Shown piece by piece: positions 15,150-30,136 of a stretch of 64,000 bases of DNA (the stretch's first letter is position 1; each line of letters begins with the position of its first letter). This DNA comes from Tubiluchus corallicola (lineage: Eukaryota > Animalia > Priapulida), in contig JAQGDQ010000102.1 in assembly GCA_030141605.1 (NCBI GenBank), positions 449,266 through 513,265 on the forward strand, written 5' to 3'. Position numbers and translations under genes: made by a program. A model generated the notes under the pieces. It did not search any database. It saw nothing but the letters and a program-made list of their open reading frames with translations, and was not told the DNA's origin.

Positions 15150-15550
15150 ACCCTGCGAACAAAGTACGTGATTTCTCGTCAGTGTATCGCGCAGGTCATG
15201 ATGCGTGCGCGAATTTTTGCCGCGTTTTTTTACGCATTCCACGCGCGCTTGGCCCGTTTTTCATCATCCCTGGTTTCACCCCATGTTTGTATAAACTGTT
15301 GATCTCGATATAGTCTGCATGTAGCCGCCGCGCACATGTTTAATGCGGCGGCGTAAATGGCTTCGCTAGGAAGAGACACGGAGAGAGAGAGAAATTCCTA
15401 ATCATCATTTATCTGCTAAATGCGAGATAATTTATGTTCGCGCCGCGCGAACGCATTAAATTCGTTTACTGTAGAATCCGATTCTCCTTTGTAGATGTGG
15501 TAACGGATGCTGATGCTTAGGTTATCATGGAAACGGGATGCTGCTTCCAG
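15150..15550 (+). promoter_or_regulatory. CpG/GAGA-rich patch followed by a candidate alternative 5' exon (15495..15550)
   Basis: Cluster of CGCG words and a (GA)n run near 15381 in an AT-rich background, plus a tttgtag acceptor and CAG|gtgaac donor. Confidence 0.35.
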
Positions 15551-18500
15551 GTGAACTATCGACCCTGGGGCGTACTGTACAGAATGAGAGCCACGTGAAC
15601 TGGGAGCTCTCTCTACTGAATGCAGGAATTAAGAGGCTCCCGGGAAACAAGTTCATTTGATTTTTTCATTGATCAGCTCAAGGAATCGGATTTTTGATCA
15701 ATACTTTGGTTCTCGGCATCAGGAATTCTGGCTTTACAAAGCGCGACAGAGGTACCAGTTGTAGTTATTGGGGTGGCTGTCACTAAGGATAACTTTAAAA
15801 AATTACAAGAGGGAAAGGGATAGCTTTAAAAAATTACAAGAAGGGAAGCTGCTGAAGGCTAGGGACCAGAGCCTTTGAGAAACTTATTCAAAAAGCAGTT
15901 GTCTGAGAGAAATTCGCGTGAAAATAGGAGGCAGAAAGAATACTACGTGACAGATCTGTTGGCTTGGCTTAGGAAAGCCATGGAAGTAAAAACCCACTTA
16001 AGCAAGAATCATGGAAGGCTGAAGAATATCAATAACAAAATTGGAGAATCCTTTGTAATTCTCAGCAAACGACAGGTTTGGGAAAGTGTGGTGAAGAAGG
16101 GACTTTAAAGTGGATGCTGAGAGTCAGTAGCCACAAATGATGGACTGGCTGCATCGAAGGGCTCACAGTTTCCGCTAGCCGTTTCAGGGCCCTTGTATTA
16201 AGATTTTTGTGACATTAAACGGCTAAATTATGTTAAGCTATTGTTCTTAGTAAATGTATTACAAAAATTTGACGTTTGTGCGCATGCGTATTTGATATCC
16301 CCGGTCAGCAGTGTTTCAGGCTGCATGTGCTGTATGTGATGCTTGCAAATGTTGCGTTACATTGCACTTCCTAGTGTAGTACCCTTGAAGATGAAGCTTG
16401 ATTTTGTTTTCTAGTAGGCAGTATGTGGATGATTTGGTTTTTAAACATTAATTTATCAACGATGGGACAAGTTAACCTCACCAACATGTCAAAGTTACCA
16501 ACGATGTGACTCAGCTTCAGGAATACCAAGCTCACCTGGAACACTGTTGGCAATCTTGCACAAGAAAACACTTCATAAATAAAGCTTAAAAATTCGTTTT
16601 GAAATTTTGTGTCACTCTCATTCTGTTTTTATTGCATGCTTTGCACAAAATTCATGCTATTTTTTGGAAAAAACCTACAAGCGTCAAGCTGTTGCTTTTT
16701 TTACTTGTGGAATTGTGATGTTGTCTTGGGTGACCGGTAGTAAAGGAACAAAAGTCATGGGAAAAATCACAAATTTGGCTAGGAAAAAAGTCAATTAATT
16801 TTGTCTACGGTTAGGATTACTGTTAGAATTAGTGTTATATTTCTTTTTTCGTGTGCATTTTCTTCCAGTGTCTTTTTATCACTGTTTTTTTTACATATGA
16901 CTTTTTTAACCTGGATTCGTTTTCTGAACCACAGAAGTCGTGCTAAGGAACTCTGAAACATTGGAAAACAGTCAATGCTATGCGATAAGTTGTGGCATTT
17001 TGTTTGTGGGTCGCGGGGGGAAAGAACTTGCCATTTGATTGCACTCGTATTGTACACAACTGCCTATAAATGTGTAAAAATAAACAAGTGAGTGACCGTG
17101 GGTACACGAAAGGTTAAGTGGGCATTTGTTTTTAGTGCACTAACACTTGTGTGTTTACTTTTTTGCTAAATATCATTCTGTACGTGCGTGCGTGCGTGCT
17201 GTTTGGGTGCACGCTGTGCGCCTTGCAGGAATTCAGAACTGCGTGTCATATCTGTCAGAGTCTCGTGGGTTACCGCCGCGTGGCACTCCTCTTTGGCAAG
17301 CGCTAGATGATTAAAATATCCCGGAAATAATGACGACCATATGTTGAGAGGGCACAGAGAGGGGCAGCGAGACTACTTTGACGAAAATTGGGCTCATTCA
17401 GGAGGTCTTGCTCCCGCTACGCACGTGTTTTCAGTCAACAAACTCACCAGGCGAAAATAACCAATCAACCGCGAACTCGCGCTGACGGTTTGTAATGTGA
17501 TGTTATTTCAGTCTATATTAGTTTGGCTCCAGGCTATTTTTCAACTTTCTGCATTTTTCACTTCTGTATTTACATATTTAGTCTGCGTTTCTTGCATACG
17601 GGGCGGTTTCGTGGTTTAGGGGGGCGGCCGGAGTTTTCTCGTCTCCCCTCGTGTGGAATGCAGTTGCCTGCGTCACGGTGTTGACTTTGAAGTACTGCAG
17701 ATTTATAGGAATGAATTTGGAAAATCTTGAAACAATTTTCTTGCTGACCTTCGCATGGATGTGATATTACGCGAATAACAAAGTGACATATATTTTGACC
17801 TAAAATGTCAAAGGTCAACTAGTTTGCTAAATAATTATTAGCGGTTACTCTAGGGTGATGATGTGTAACTTCGTTAATGTAAATTTGGCATCTGCACGTA
17901 GACAAAAAATAAGAAAATTATTTTACTAGCGTGGATATAGTAATACTTGCACATGTTTCAATGCATTGTCATTGGTTGGTGAGTTGCTGAAAGCAACGAA
18001 TAAAAAATATGCCGGAATCAGAAGGGACTGTGTGGTCTAGTCGTCAAAGTGATATACTTTTCACAGTTTTCACAGTGGTGTCAGTATGCATTTGAAATCG
18101 ATGCGTCTGAAGATTGTTGTAAGAGAGGGTCAGAGAGAAGTTGTAATCTAGTTGTTCTTAGAGTTTGTGAGTTATTAAACGATTCAGCAAAAGGCTATAA
18201 GTATTCGTTACAACAACCCTTTATACTTGGCCCTGCCTCTTCCACACTAGAGCTGCATTAATCCTCTCAGAATTTTCTCAATAATACATTCGAGAATTGT
18301 GTTGTTGTCACAAATTTTATATGAAGTTTTCGACATTGTCAGTTAATCTTTTTATTTTTTTAATCTCAACATTTCAGACGTTTATTAAATATTACAGGCT
18401 CTATGATTGGATGACGTTATCAACAGTGTTCATGCCATTGTTGCTTCTCGGTTTCCTTGAAGTTATGTAAAAATACGTGTTATTTACAAGAAAATCTAAA

Positions 18501-20673
18501 AATGAATATCAATACCCACTTAAGTATAGTTTTTAATACTAAGTAGATTATGTGTGAGTGCTGGCTCTTATTTTGATTTTAAGAATACGATTTCCCCATT
18601 CCTAAATATAAATCAATACCGAAGTACACGAAAAACACGCTGTTTTGATATTTTGTCATCCATATTACTTACGTACAATGTACATGTTATACGGTGCGAG
18701 TATAGATAGTTAAACGAAAGGCTAAGCCTTCTGGTAATAAAACTTATTTCAGTGTTTGCGAAAAATGCCAGAAAAATTTGATAATAAAAGTATTATAAGC
18801 ACCTCATGTAATTATTAAAAATTACTGAAAATGGCCATCATTTCATTTTGAACACCCCATTTTTCCACCAGTGATGTAGTTTGTCAACTGAAGAAAAGCA
18901 CCGCGCTGTCAATTTCCGTCACAGTATTATAGATTTTTACAAAGAATTATAAAACTAATTTTTGACATTTTTGCATGAACATTAGGTAAGCTGCATAAGT
19001 TTGCATTAGTTTAAGCATCATGCATTCGAAAAGTCACACTGTCAATTATGTCAACGGCAACCACCACTCCTGAAAACTTCTATAGACCGGTAGTATAAAT
19101 AGACAGCTTGCAAATTTCTTTGTTATATTTTTCGAAGTTTAAGTGCTAACAGTAAAATAAACCCAACGTGCTAAATGACTTGTCTTTTCCTTTAATTGAT
19201 GTCTAACATAACGTCAATCATTTTCGTTGACTGCCAATCAGCGTGCAAGTTATTTCACACACCCCTGCAGCAGGTACTTTCGGGACATTTAGCTACAGCT
19301 CCGACTAACACTTATGAAAAATGCTCAACTTTTCATTAGTTAACGGGAGAAATATTAGCCTGGTTCTAGATTTTATTATTGTCAATTAAAATTGCAAATG
19401 AATTAGTGGAAACATATGCATAGTCTAGTTTCGTTTGTAGGAAGAAATGCACAACACTTACGTCCATGAGTTGCTGATTAAACCATTTTGCAATCAAGAA
19501 AATACGCAGTTTAGTTTACTTTATGGCTTTGCAAGTTTAGATAAAAACAACTATTTGATTAACTTTAAATATAGACAAAGCTGCAAAATGTTTTCTTTTC
19601 TGGTCAGTTTTTATAAACCTCAATGAGACAATGTGAGGTCAGTTAACTAGAAGTTAGAATCCGGCGGAATGCATTGTATTCTAAGGCACCTTTGTTCTCG
19701 TTCTGCTGCCAATCTTCATGTAGCCGCCACGCGCCAGTAATTAAGCCGATCTAATTAGCGCTAAATTCTACTGTGGACAATGAATTGTACAGTATAGCAG
19801 CATATGAGGGAATGCATGTGCACTGGAAATGGGATGTTATTGCATCTCTAAATACGATGGAATTTAGTCTGCATGTTCCAAATTGTAATTGATTCTGTCA
19901 TTGTTAATGTTGTCAGCGCTGTTGTCGTCATCGCTCCTGCCGCGGTCATTGTCATCGTAACCACAAACACTTAATTGTGACCACCGTCTTCTTCAACATC
20001 ACACTTTGTCGTCATTGTTTTTTTGGCTGACTCTGTATAATAAAGCCAGGGAGCTGGTTTAGCAATGGCTGACTCGTCTGTAGCCAATAGTGCCAAATTT
20101 TGACCTGATTTTAGGGACCCAGTGTTAAAAATTCTTATTCTCCTGATAGTATATGGAAAAAGTCCATGCTTTCATATTCGTGTAAAGCGCGTGTTTTATA
20201 CCACACTGCAAGCAGTTACCGAGGGCGGTGCTATATAAGAGCCGTATAATAAGAGCCCAATATATTTAGTACAAAAGTACAATTATTATATAAAAGGTAG
20301 TACACCACAAGTAGTTGGGCAAGCTGCTAAGATATAAGATTATGCAAATATACGTAATTAACACTAACAATGTATATACTGAGTAACACATGTAGTGTTA
20401 CTAATACACTAACATTGTGCTTTGTTCTGCATATATAAGTAACTATAAATGCATAATTGAGATTCGTGAGGCTGAACCAGCAGCGTAGAACGTTGTAATG
20501 TCTTGACACGCCCCGTATTATAGATAACTAAATTATCATGCATAATATTTCATATGGCATCAGTTCTTATTAGTTAAAATGATCAGACTGATATTATTCT
20601 GTGTTAGGAAGTATAATATTTTACAGTAACACGTTCCTATAATTACATTTAGTTGCTGATCCTGATACATAAA

Positions 20674-20952
20674 TTAATTAGCCTGTTCATGCCTAGTACG
20701 TCTAGGTATTAAATATGATTGCCAAGTCAACGATGAACGTCTCTGTCATTGGATGATTTCCATCATAGTGAATGTTTCATAATGTGAACCGGGCTTAACG
20801 CAGTCCTTGTTCTGTTAATTAGTCTGTTCATGCCTGGTGCGTCTAGGTATTAAATATGATTGTCAACACGATGAACGTCTCTGTCATTGGATGATTTCTA
20901 TCATAGTGAATGCTTCATAATGTGAACCGGGCTTAACGCAGCCCTTGCTCTG
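20674..20952. repeat. Tandem duplication of about 140 bp (2 copies)
   Basis: 20674..20814 is repeated at 20815..20952 with a few substitutions and a 3-bp indel. Confidence 0.9.
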
Positions 20953-22769
20953 CGTGCACTTTCTCACATTATGTAACTCTTTTACCTCATGCACTGATCA
21001 GCGCCTGTATCTGCAAAGGTCACGTCTGCCTTGCAAGACACATGAAGCCAGCAGCCTCACAGTTCTTGGTCATGGTTGAGTGAAATTTTCTCCCCCAGTA
21101 GCGTGAAGCCACGTAGAGTGTATTTTTTAAAACAACATCATCTCTGTTTTCTCACTGTGTGCCAATCCTTCATCTTGGTAAGTATTACTCGCTCACTTTA
21201 TCCCAGATATTTTTCCAGGCAGCTCCCAGGGGATCAATGAAACCAAAAGCATCCATAGTCCGCAGTCAGACGACGGATTAACTCTTTGGGCCCGACGCAA
21301 AAACGTGCTAGATCGGACATGGCGATTAAATGGTTTCGTTGATTGACTCGGCGTGTATGACTGTAATTGTGCTGCTGGTTGAAGCTCTGAGAGTTTCTGG
21401 TACAGTATGCGCGTACACGTAATAGAGAGCCGTCATAAAAGCTGATAACTGATTTATGCATTTTTTGCTGAGAAATAGGATATTTTCAGCTCGATGTTAT
21501 CAGTTCAGTGCGGCATGAAAAATGGAAAATATGTCTGACGTGTAAGCTGCATCAGAATACTTATGTGCTAATCCAACGGCTCGAACTGCTTATAAAACAT
21601 GGTTATAACGACAGATAATGATATACTGTTACGTAGTAATATTCTTATCTATGGTTATAACTTTCTAAAACTTATGAATTTGAAGCTAACAGTAACAGTT
21701 CTCGTACTTAACAATTGCTATGGCTTAAAGAGTTTCTATTAGACAGTAATATATTGCCCCGTTGTATTTCAATACACTGGCTTTTCTAAATGATACAAGA
21801 TTAAAAGCGAATTTTGAGGAGGAAATCTTTGCTCAACATAAGCTAGTTGTCATTATTAGCGAAATTTAAACAAGATTTCCAGTTTGAGCCATATTCAGAA
21901 AATATTAAAACCAGCAAAGATAGGATAGCTCTGACCAAACTCGGATTAAGTGCTCATAACTTGCAATAGGCGATATGAAAAACTACCTATTCCAATAGAA
22001 TATCGCTTGTCTGAAATGTGTAACATAGGATGAACACCATTTTCTGTTTTACTTTGGGAAATACAATGCTGCACGTAATTTTTCGTTAAATGCTGCAAAC
22101 CTATGTATTCATCAGTTTTCTAATTTAGTTGATAATGATGCATTAAAATCTTTTATGCAGTCACAGCACATAACAGTTCAATATGCTTTGGCAAAATTTA
22201 TTCGCACATGCAAATGATAATTGTGTGTTTGTGTTTGTAACTTTGATCGGCCGATTGGCCACACACCAAAATAAATGTCTTGTAAATTTTGTGCAGTTCA
22301 GTTCAAGAGGAATTTATTTAAACTAGTGAAGAAATCTATCGAGGCAATGTGGTGACGATTTTTTGTTCTATTAATCGCGTTTTCAATTTTGTTTTACTGG
22401 TAATACAGGTTTGTTACCGCGTGAATACAGGAAAACTGTTCAATCGTACTGTACAGTATGGACCGTTGTCGGCAGGCTTATAGATTATATAGATACATGT
22501 ATTGATAAGGAAACTATGTGTCATTAAATATTAACCGAATTTTATGTGGTTTCTGATTCGCATTTCCTGGATTTAGCACGCTTCGCTGCTATTGCAGCTA
22601 CGGAGCAGGTCATTCTGTATGAAAGAGCTGGAGAAGTGCCAATTTTCTAAAAGAGCAAAATTCATTTTTAGAGGCCAGTAAATAAAATTAGTTATAACTT
22701 TTTTTAGAAATGAAGTTGTAATTCCCACATTTTATCCTCATCTTCAGAATTATTGTCACCAATCTCCTA

Positions 22770-23170
22770 CTGGTTATCATCATCATAATCATCGCCATTA
22801 TCATCATCACCATCTGCATTGTAATCATCGTCACTGAAATCATTGTTATCATTATGCATTGTCTTTCTTTATGCATTGTCTTTGTTAACGTCATCATATT
22901 TGTCAAGTTCTTTTAAAGGTTTGATTTCCTAGCATTACCATTCATTGTAACCATTGTTTAGTTGTCATTGTCATTGTCCTCCTTGCCATCATGATGATCT
23001 TTGACTACATCGTGATGTTCTTAAACAATGCCAACAAAATCATCATCATTGTCTCCACCACGAAGCTGTCATGTTGTCACCCTCATAATGTTGTAATTAA
23101 TATTCTCAGCACAGCATTATCATGATCATGATCATCATCATTGTCATCATTATTGACATCGTTGTCGTCA
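22770..23170. repeat. Degenerate (ATC/GTC/ATT)n low-complexity tract (similar tracts at about 4100-4270 and 19900-20020)
   Basis: Direct reading; these tracts generate spurious I/V/M-rich ORFs. Confidence 0.75.
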
Positions 23171-23271
23171 AAGCCGTGTGGAAGATTCGCCGTTGTCTTC
23201 GTGTACTAAGAGTTAACAAACACTCCCTTTTTCTGCAGCTGCATGTAACAAACAATAAGGATTGATTAATA

Positions 23272-23670
23272 GGTGGCCGGTAATAAACTCTGTACAGGTA
23301 AAAAAGTCACAGTTTTGGCTAGGAAAAAAGTCACAATTAATTTATAGTGGCGGGAAGAAAAATCACAATTTTGGGTAGGAAAGAAGATCAGGTAACCAAA
23401 GAAAAATATTCAAGTCAATCACAATTTATTTAAGCACGACAAACAAAGTAATAAAACAGAAAATATATTAAATCAGTTCTTAACCGGCAATACATGACTT
23501 GTACAATTTGACAGCACCATATATACATGAAGGCATTACATGTATGTGAAAAAAACCACGTTTTGGTCAATATCTTAGGGTTAGAGTTGCTGTTAGGGTT
23601 ACGGGTATTTCCTTTACTGTGGCTTTTTCTCGCGACTTTAATACCTGTGTCTTTATTACCTGGATTCGAT
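23272..23670 (+). mobile_element. Interspersed repeat with AAAAGTCACA / TTAGGG motifs, possibly Helentron/DINE-1-like (copies at about 9262-9490, 11247-11620, 14490-14830, 16730-16920)
   Basis: Shared ends ggtgaccggtaa.. and ..ttacctggattc, inverted gtcaca/tgtgac sub-repeats, and short ttagggtta runs. The class assignment is inference. Confidence 0.55.
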
Positions 23671-24725
23671 TATTTTTGCCCTTTATTGGATTCTTTATAC
23701 GTTTCTGGTTGTGCATTCCTTCGCATAGTTCGGATTCGTGAACATATTTTTCTCTGCTGTTGCTGCTATTACTGCAGAAAAGTTTCCATAACTGTCACAT
23801 GTTGGCTCAGGAGTAGCCTCCCACAGTGACCTATTTAACATATCCCGTGTTAGCCTCAAGCACTGTGGACTTAGGAATCCGTGACCACATGCATCTATTG
23901 ATGACTGTCCTCCCCTCCAGGGCATTGTGGAATTAGAGGTCTGTACGTGAGCTCATGTCTGGAATGCCGTTGCTGAAGTAGATTCGTATTGTGAAGGGGT
24001 AGTCACCGCCAGTATCAATAAGGATGATGAATTGTTGGAAAATTTTAACGAGAATACAGATTTAACTTCAAGGAACCTGGAAAGGACTTAATTGGTGGTA
24101 TTCTTCAGCTGTCCAAGCTTAAAAGACTTGAGTTAATCATATTCCATGAGATTGAACTATTGCGTGTGCGTATTCTGCCTCATAAAGGCACATTTGAGTA
24201 GTGACAATATTTACACATTTTTGTCATCACGCTAATGCTGTGTTTTGTTTACATTTTTTTTAGCTACGGGATAAATTAATTTTGTGCTTTATAAAGAGTT
24301 TTTGGGGTATTTCATAGTTATGTTTATACCAAGCTTAAGTGATAACAGTAAAATAAACGCAACATGCTAAAAGTTGTCTCCTTTCCTTTAAGGAGTTGAG
24401 ATCCACAGCCAATCAATAGTGCCAGTTGCCACGAAAAACAGGATATTAAAATTAATGTATTTACTGAATTTCTGTCGTATAAAAAGTACAGTTCCTAATT
24501 GAAATAAGCTACATACCAGGTATGTAAAAAATAATAGCTTGATTTCTGATATTACGTACATTTTATGTTGTAGGTTGTTGACTTGGTGGGTGGCACCGTT
24601 GCACTGTTTAAACACGAGATGTAGCTGCTGAAGTCACCACCCACCATTCCACATCATCATTGCAAGTTTCACTACAGGAATCTCCCGGCATCAGGACACA
24701 CCATCACTCTTCTTTTCTCTGAATC

Positions 24726-24830
24726 ATGGATGCGAATACTACTGCTAACCACCAGCCACCAGAAGGTCCGTCGCCAGTACAGGTTGATCAGAAAAATGCC
24801 GACGTTAAAACCGGTCAACAAAGTGAAAAG
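24726..24830 (+). CDS. Candidate first coding exon ([35 protein letters not shown])
   Basis: Acceptor tacag at 24677, in-frame TGA at 24720, strong Kozak atcATGG at 24726, and donor AAG|gtaaat in phase 0 matching the next exon. No homology support. Confidence 0.55.
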
Positions 24831-25111
24831 GTAAATTCCACTGGGGTGGCCTAGTGTGTCTTTTAGTCTAAGCCACGAGATTTGTAGATGTTGGTGCTGA
24901 TGGTGATTTAACTGATGCCAAAATGTGTGGTTGCCGATTTTGAGACGCTGGTTAAAACACATTGTGTCAAGGGGAAGCATTTTCAATCTACTGAGAAAAC
25001 TATGGTTTCAATTTAGTAAATTTGTATAGGTGCCAAAGCGCTGACGTGAACTTAATGAGATAATGTTGTTTCATTGCCAGATGACTTATAATAATAATAA
25101 TAATAATAATA

Positions 25112-25173
<62 letters not shown>

Positions 25174-28100
25174 TTTTCCTTCAGGACATTTTCTAGGGAT
25201 AACACCGTAAGTAACTTAAGTACTTATTTTCAAGGTTGTCCTGATTATTTTTACCCTCATGTCACTTCAATAAATCTGCATGTTTGATTGAAGAACCAGC
25301 AGTACCATTTTTAAGTCTTTGGTATGACTTGATCAGGAATTGAACAGCCTGCCATTGAGCTAGATCACCTACTCTTGAGTGAAATCAGTAATTGTAAAGA
25401 CAACCTATTGGTGTGATAGCTACTCAAGTATCAAACATCTGGTCTGAATTGTTTGTTATTTTCATCGCAGTATAGTATCTGATTTCTAACTAACATACTC
25501 CAATAATGAATCAGTACAAACCAGTATTTTTCGGTAGGACTGATAGCAAGAGTAAATTGTAACATCACTTGTTAAGCTTGTTTTCGTAAATCAGTGCTAA
25601 CGGTTTGCAAAAATGTGTAGATAAGTGACTGATGCAACCAATCTTTGTTGATGCATGTGAACAATTGTTTGGTAATGCTGATATCTAATCTGTCTGTTTG
25701 CTTGCTTACGTTTTCAATTTTTCGTCTCCATAACTCCAGTATTGCACGAGATTGCTGAAAGTGAATTCGTGTAGCCCAGGACCGCAGGAAAATATATCAA
25801 ATCCACATGTTTGCTTGTGATGTAAGCCCCGTGCCATCCACGCCAGGCTGTAGTGGTTTGGAGTGCAGTACCACAGATGGGGTTGATTGGTGACGAGGAG
25901 GAGAAAAAATAACAAGCTATAATTCCCAAATGTGAACAGATTTTGTTAGGGTACGCACCAACTTCAGTTCCAGAAAAAGGTCAGAGGTCAATGCGGGTTC
26001 ATAGCCCTGTGCTCTTGTCTGCATGTTTCATATTAATGGCTCCTGACCAATAGGCTTTGATACTCAAACTGGGTGTTTTCATATTGCCTTGCCGATTCTG
26101 CTTTTTACCTTTGCACATGGTTAAGATATGTCTGCTGGTCCAGTGGCTCACCTTGAGAGAGATATCTTGATAACCAAGGTTCAAGTCTTGCCACATGCAT
26201 CAACATTGAGGAGGCATTGGTGCTGAATGCTGGATTACAGCTTGCAATGTACCGAAGTGTGTAAGGACAAAGAATATATGAAAAATTGAAATAGTCCATT
26301 TACAGCCGAGGAAAAGCTGGATCTTGCTGCACAGTTCTCGGAATGCAGGAGACTAGTGTCATCTCTGGGTGGCTTGAAGAAGAAGAAGAATAGTCAGGTA
26401 CTCCTAACCTGTGGTCCTGATGGTAGACTAGTATGTGTATCTGCCAACCAAGTATTGCTCATGTCTGTGTGGCATGAAAAAGAAGAAGAGTGGTCTTATG
26501 TTCCTGACATAGGGGTACACGGTTATGGTATTTGTTTGCGGAAACTCGGCATGCTAGTGGAACAGTTGGATAGCCTATCGTTCGGCTGCCTTTGCCTCAG
26601 TAAGTGACCGCCTAGTCAATTAAGGGTGTGTGATTCAAGAAGACTGACAAGACAATCCCGTTCGAGTGGTAGATGGTATGAAGAGCTCCGACATGAGTAC
26701 GATTCGAACCGAGACTCTCTGAATCGGCCAGCTGTGTCACACTGTTCTTATTGCATGGCCTAAACTTTCCTTAAAATCTGTACCAGCATTGTCACGCCAT
26801 ACATCCGGATAAAAATTCAAATTTTTATGTAAAAAACATCCTCTGATATCAGTCACAAGCTGTGAATATCAGTCTCTCAAATATAAACAGTTTGGAGTCT
26901 CATATAATCCACAAAAAATGAAGTGTTGACATATCTCTACATCATCTGGTTTCTTAACACTTTCCTTATCAGCAAGCCGAACTTCATCTGCCATCCTGAC
27001 TTCTCCAGTAATCTGCACTTCTTCTACAAAAACAACTACAGTCCTATTTAAAGATGACATCGAATTTTCCAGGGAATTCACTTAGAGCATTTTTCCAGTG
27101 TTTATGCTGTAAAGTGAGCAGCAGAAAAACTCGGCGAGCCGATTTAAAGCACCGTTTTGTTCCATAAATACGTGTCAGGCCTCTATAAATAATCCATTCA
27201 TGATAAACTTATCCATAAATTTTAATATCCTGCAGCTTGGTTAATGCACTGCGGGGAAAGAGGCATTGCATTATAATAGCCGTGCATGGTTAGACGGTTT
27301 GACATGATTGCTTTCATGGCGTTTATGTTACTAGGTTTCTTGGAGCTTAGCGCAGTATTTATCCTAGACGCGGATAGTTCATAATAGCACCTGACAGAAT
27401 CCATAATTAAGCGGGCACAAATTTGACCACATTCCAAAAAGCAAAAGAAAGAACAGAGAATAAATGTACAAATCAGCAGACTGAGGTTGTGAGGTTATTT
27501 AAAGGAAATGACAAGTTATTTAGTATGATGACTTTTTTACTCTTATCACTTAAACTTTGAAAAATGTAACAAAGAAATTTACAAAAAACTGTCTATAAAG
27601 CATAAAATTAATTTATATTACCACTGCAGAGAAATTTTTAGGTGTTGAAGTAGTGAGGTATGCCACCTTGTGAGATACGTGCATTATTATATAACTCACT
27701 TACAACTTATGTATTGCAGATAATATGGAAACAGTGGAAGCTTCTGAAGCAAAATGAAACAAATTATTTTGGATTGAAAATTGTGTCTGTGGCGTTTCTT
27801 ATTTGATCATTTTTTAAGAATCGTTTCGGTTATAATTCGACCTTTATTTTTCTTATCCAGAAGAAAGCGGAGGCTGCGAAGCGGGATGCTTTTTTCGACA
27901 ATCTTCAAAAACAGTTTTCCAGTTTCACAGAATCAAAGTCGGCCGACAGCAGCCCAACTGGTGCCGTGAATAAACCCGGCCGGCAGGTGAAAATTTTAGC
28001 TCGTTAGTTGTTTGTTACCTGGTTGGGGTATCGTCTGTGTTGAGACGTCAGCCGTTCTGTAACATTTGTTCTTTAATAGCACTATAATAATTCTTTAAAA

Positions 28101-29690
28101 TGGAGGACAAGGAGAATTTTTAAAGTATGTTCCAAAAAAATTTCGATTCTACTAGTTAGCAAAAAAATGGAACATTACATTTATCCTGTTTGAAAGACTT
28201 GACTGACTGGAAAAGAAAATTCTTAATTTAAAATGTTTGTGCCAACTGGTCAAATGACACTTTCTCTATCTCAGTGTGCACCATGAAACGTCACCGAGAA
28301 ACGTTATTAATCTCATTCACAGGATACAGTCAGTTAGTCATACTTTTGCTTAGTTTGTGAAGAGTGCATAGAAATAGACATAGACATAGACATAGGACAT
28401 TTATTTTCTCCAATTAGTTTAACATCAAAAGTTTTTTAAATATTAAGTAATTATACTCATGGAGTAGGGCAGGGAAGGACCATAGGGTCATCTAGCCTCC
28501 TGCCCTTATAAATAGATTAGTATATTAAAAATTAATGGTGATGCTGCAGATAACAAAAACAAAAACAAATAAGAAAAAAATAATAATAAAAACAGTATGA
28601 ATGCTTCAAAAATTATTCAAAAAGAACTAAAAACAAAAAATAATAAAGTTAGATACCTAAATCTAAACAAAACAATACAATTATTCAGTAATTAGGATTA
28701 TTATATGTAGTAGTAGTACGCTACAAATGCTTAGATTATTTTTTGAATTTTACGCATTGTCATGTAGACTTGTTTCAAACGACTTATTTAAAGAATAAAT
28801 TTACTAGTTTTGTACGGCATTACTGGTAAGCCCTGATTGCAATAAGTTTGCTTGATGTATGAACTCTGTTTTCTTGTGCTTCAACTTATAGTTATTCTGC
28901 TGAGCGTAACATGGACTGGCTCGATCGCATTAAAATATGAAAATCATTGATTTCGCAACAAAGTTGAATCAATAGATTCATTTTTGTTGCTTACTTTGCC
29001 ATTTTGATGCAAATCATGATTTTAGTCGGCCGGCGAAATTGAAAAGTGGTGCAGCAACTTCGGGAACGTGCACGTCGTTTTTGTGTTTGTATTTGATTTT
29101 TAATGTAATAACTAGAATTTCTTTACATAGCGCACAAAAGTTGTACCCAATAAAGCAGGAAACATGTGCTGCCACCTATATTTGTAGCATGATATAAAAA
29201 CAACTCTTAACTCTTAGATAATAAATAAATCTTGCTGTAGGGTCACATTTTTGAGCACATGATTTTAAAAAATATACGTAGACCCGTAGAAAAGTAAGTG
29301 GGTAAGTTTATTTTACATCTATTTACATCACATACAAAGACAATTAGTCCACAGGGAACTATTCAGTTGACTAAAAATTATAATAAACATAAATTAAAAC
29401 AGTAAACTGAGGTCCAAGTGATAACGTAAGTTTAAAACTATGAAAAAGACTTCAAAAAGTTGAGAATCTTTTGTCATCTGTTACACTGTTTTCAAACTAC
29501 AGAGTTTTCTCTCGCAAGTTCATATAGGCATAGAATTGATGTACTTAGACTATATAGCACATTGCATTTATTTTATCTTTGTTGTTCTCGATGTGTCATT
29601 TTGTTAACGTCTTTTTGGACTATAGTTTTTTCTCGTTAGCCAACGTTATAGTAGTAGTGTATTTTTGTCGAATTATGTAGAATTATGGTC

Positions 29691-29724
<34 letters not shown>

Positions 29725-29869
29725 GAACGAACGAACCAACCAACCAACCAACCAACCAACCAACCAACCAACCAACCAACCAACCAACCAACCAACCAAC
29801 CAACCAACCATGCAAGCAAGCAAGCAAGCAAGCAACCAACCAACCAACCAACCAACCAACTAAACAACT

Positions 29870-29900
<31 letters not shown>

Positions 29901-29970
29901 AAGTAACTAAGTAACTAAGTAACTAACTGACTAACTGACTAACTGACTAACTAAATAGCTGACTAGCTGA

Positions 29971-30007
<37 letters not shown>

Positions 30008-30087
30008 TGACTGACTGACTGACTGACTGACTGACTGACTGACTGACTGACTGACTGACTGACTGACTGACTGACTGAGTAACTGAG

Positions 30088-30136
<49 letters not shown>

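Noticed and set aside
25063-25287. Poly-Asn/poly-Ile ORF
   Set aside because: Translation of the (AAT)n microsatellite.
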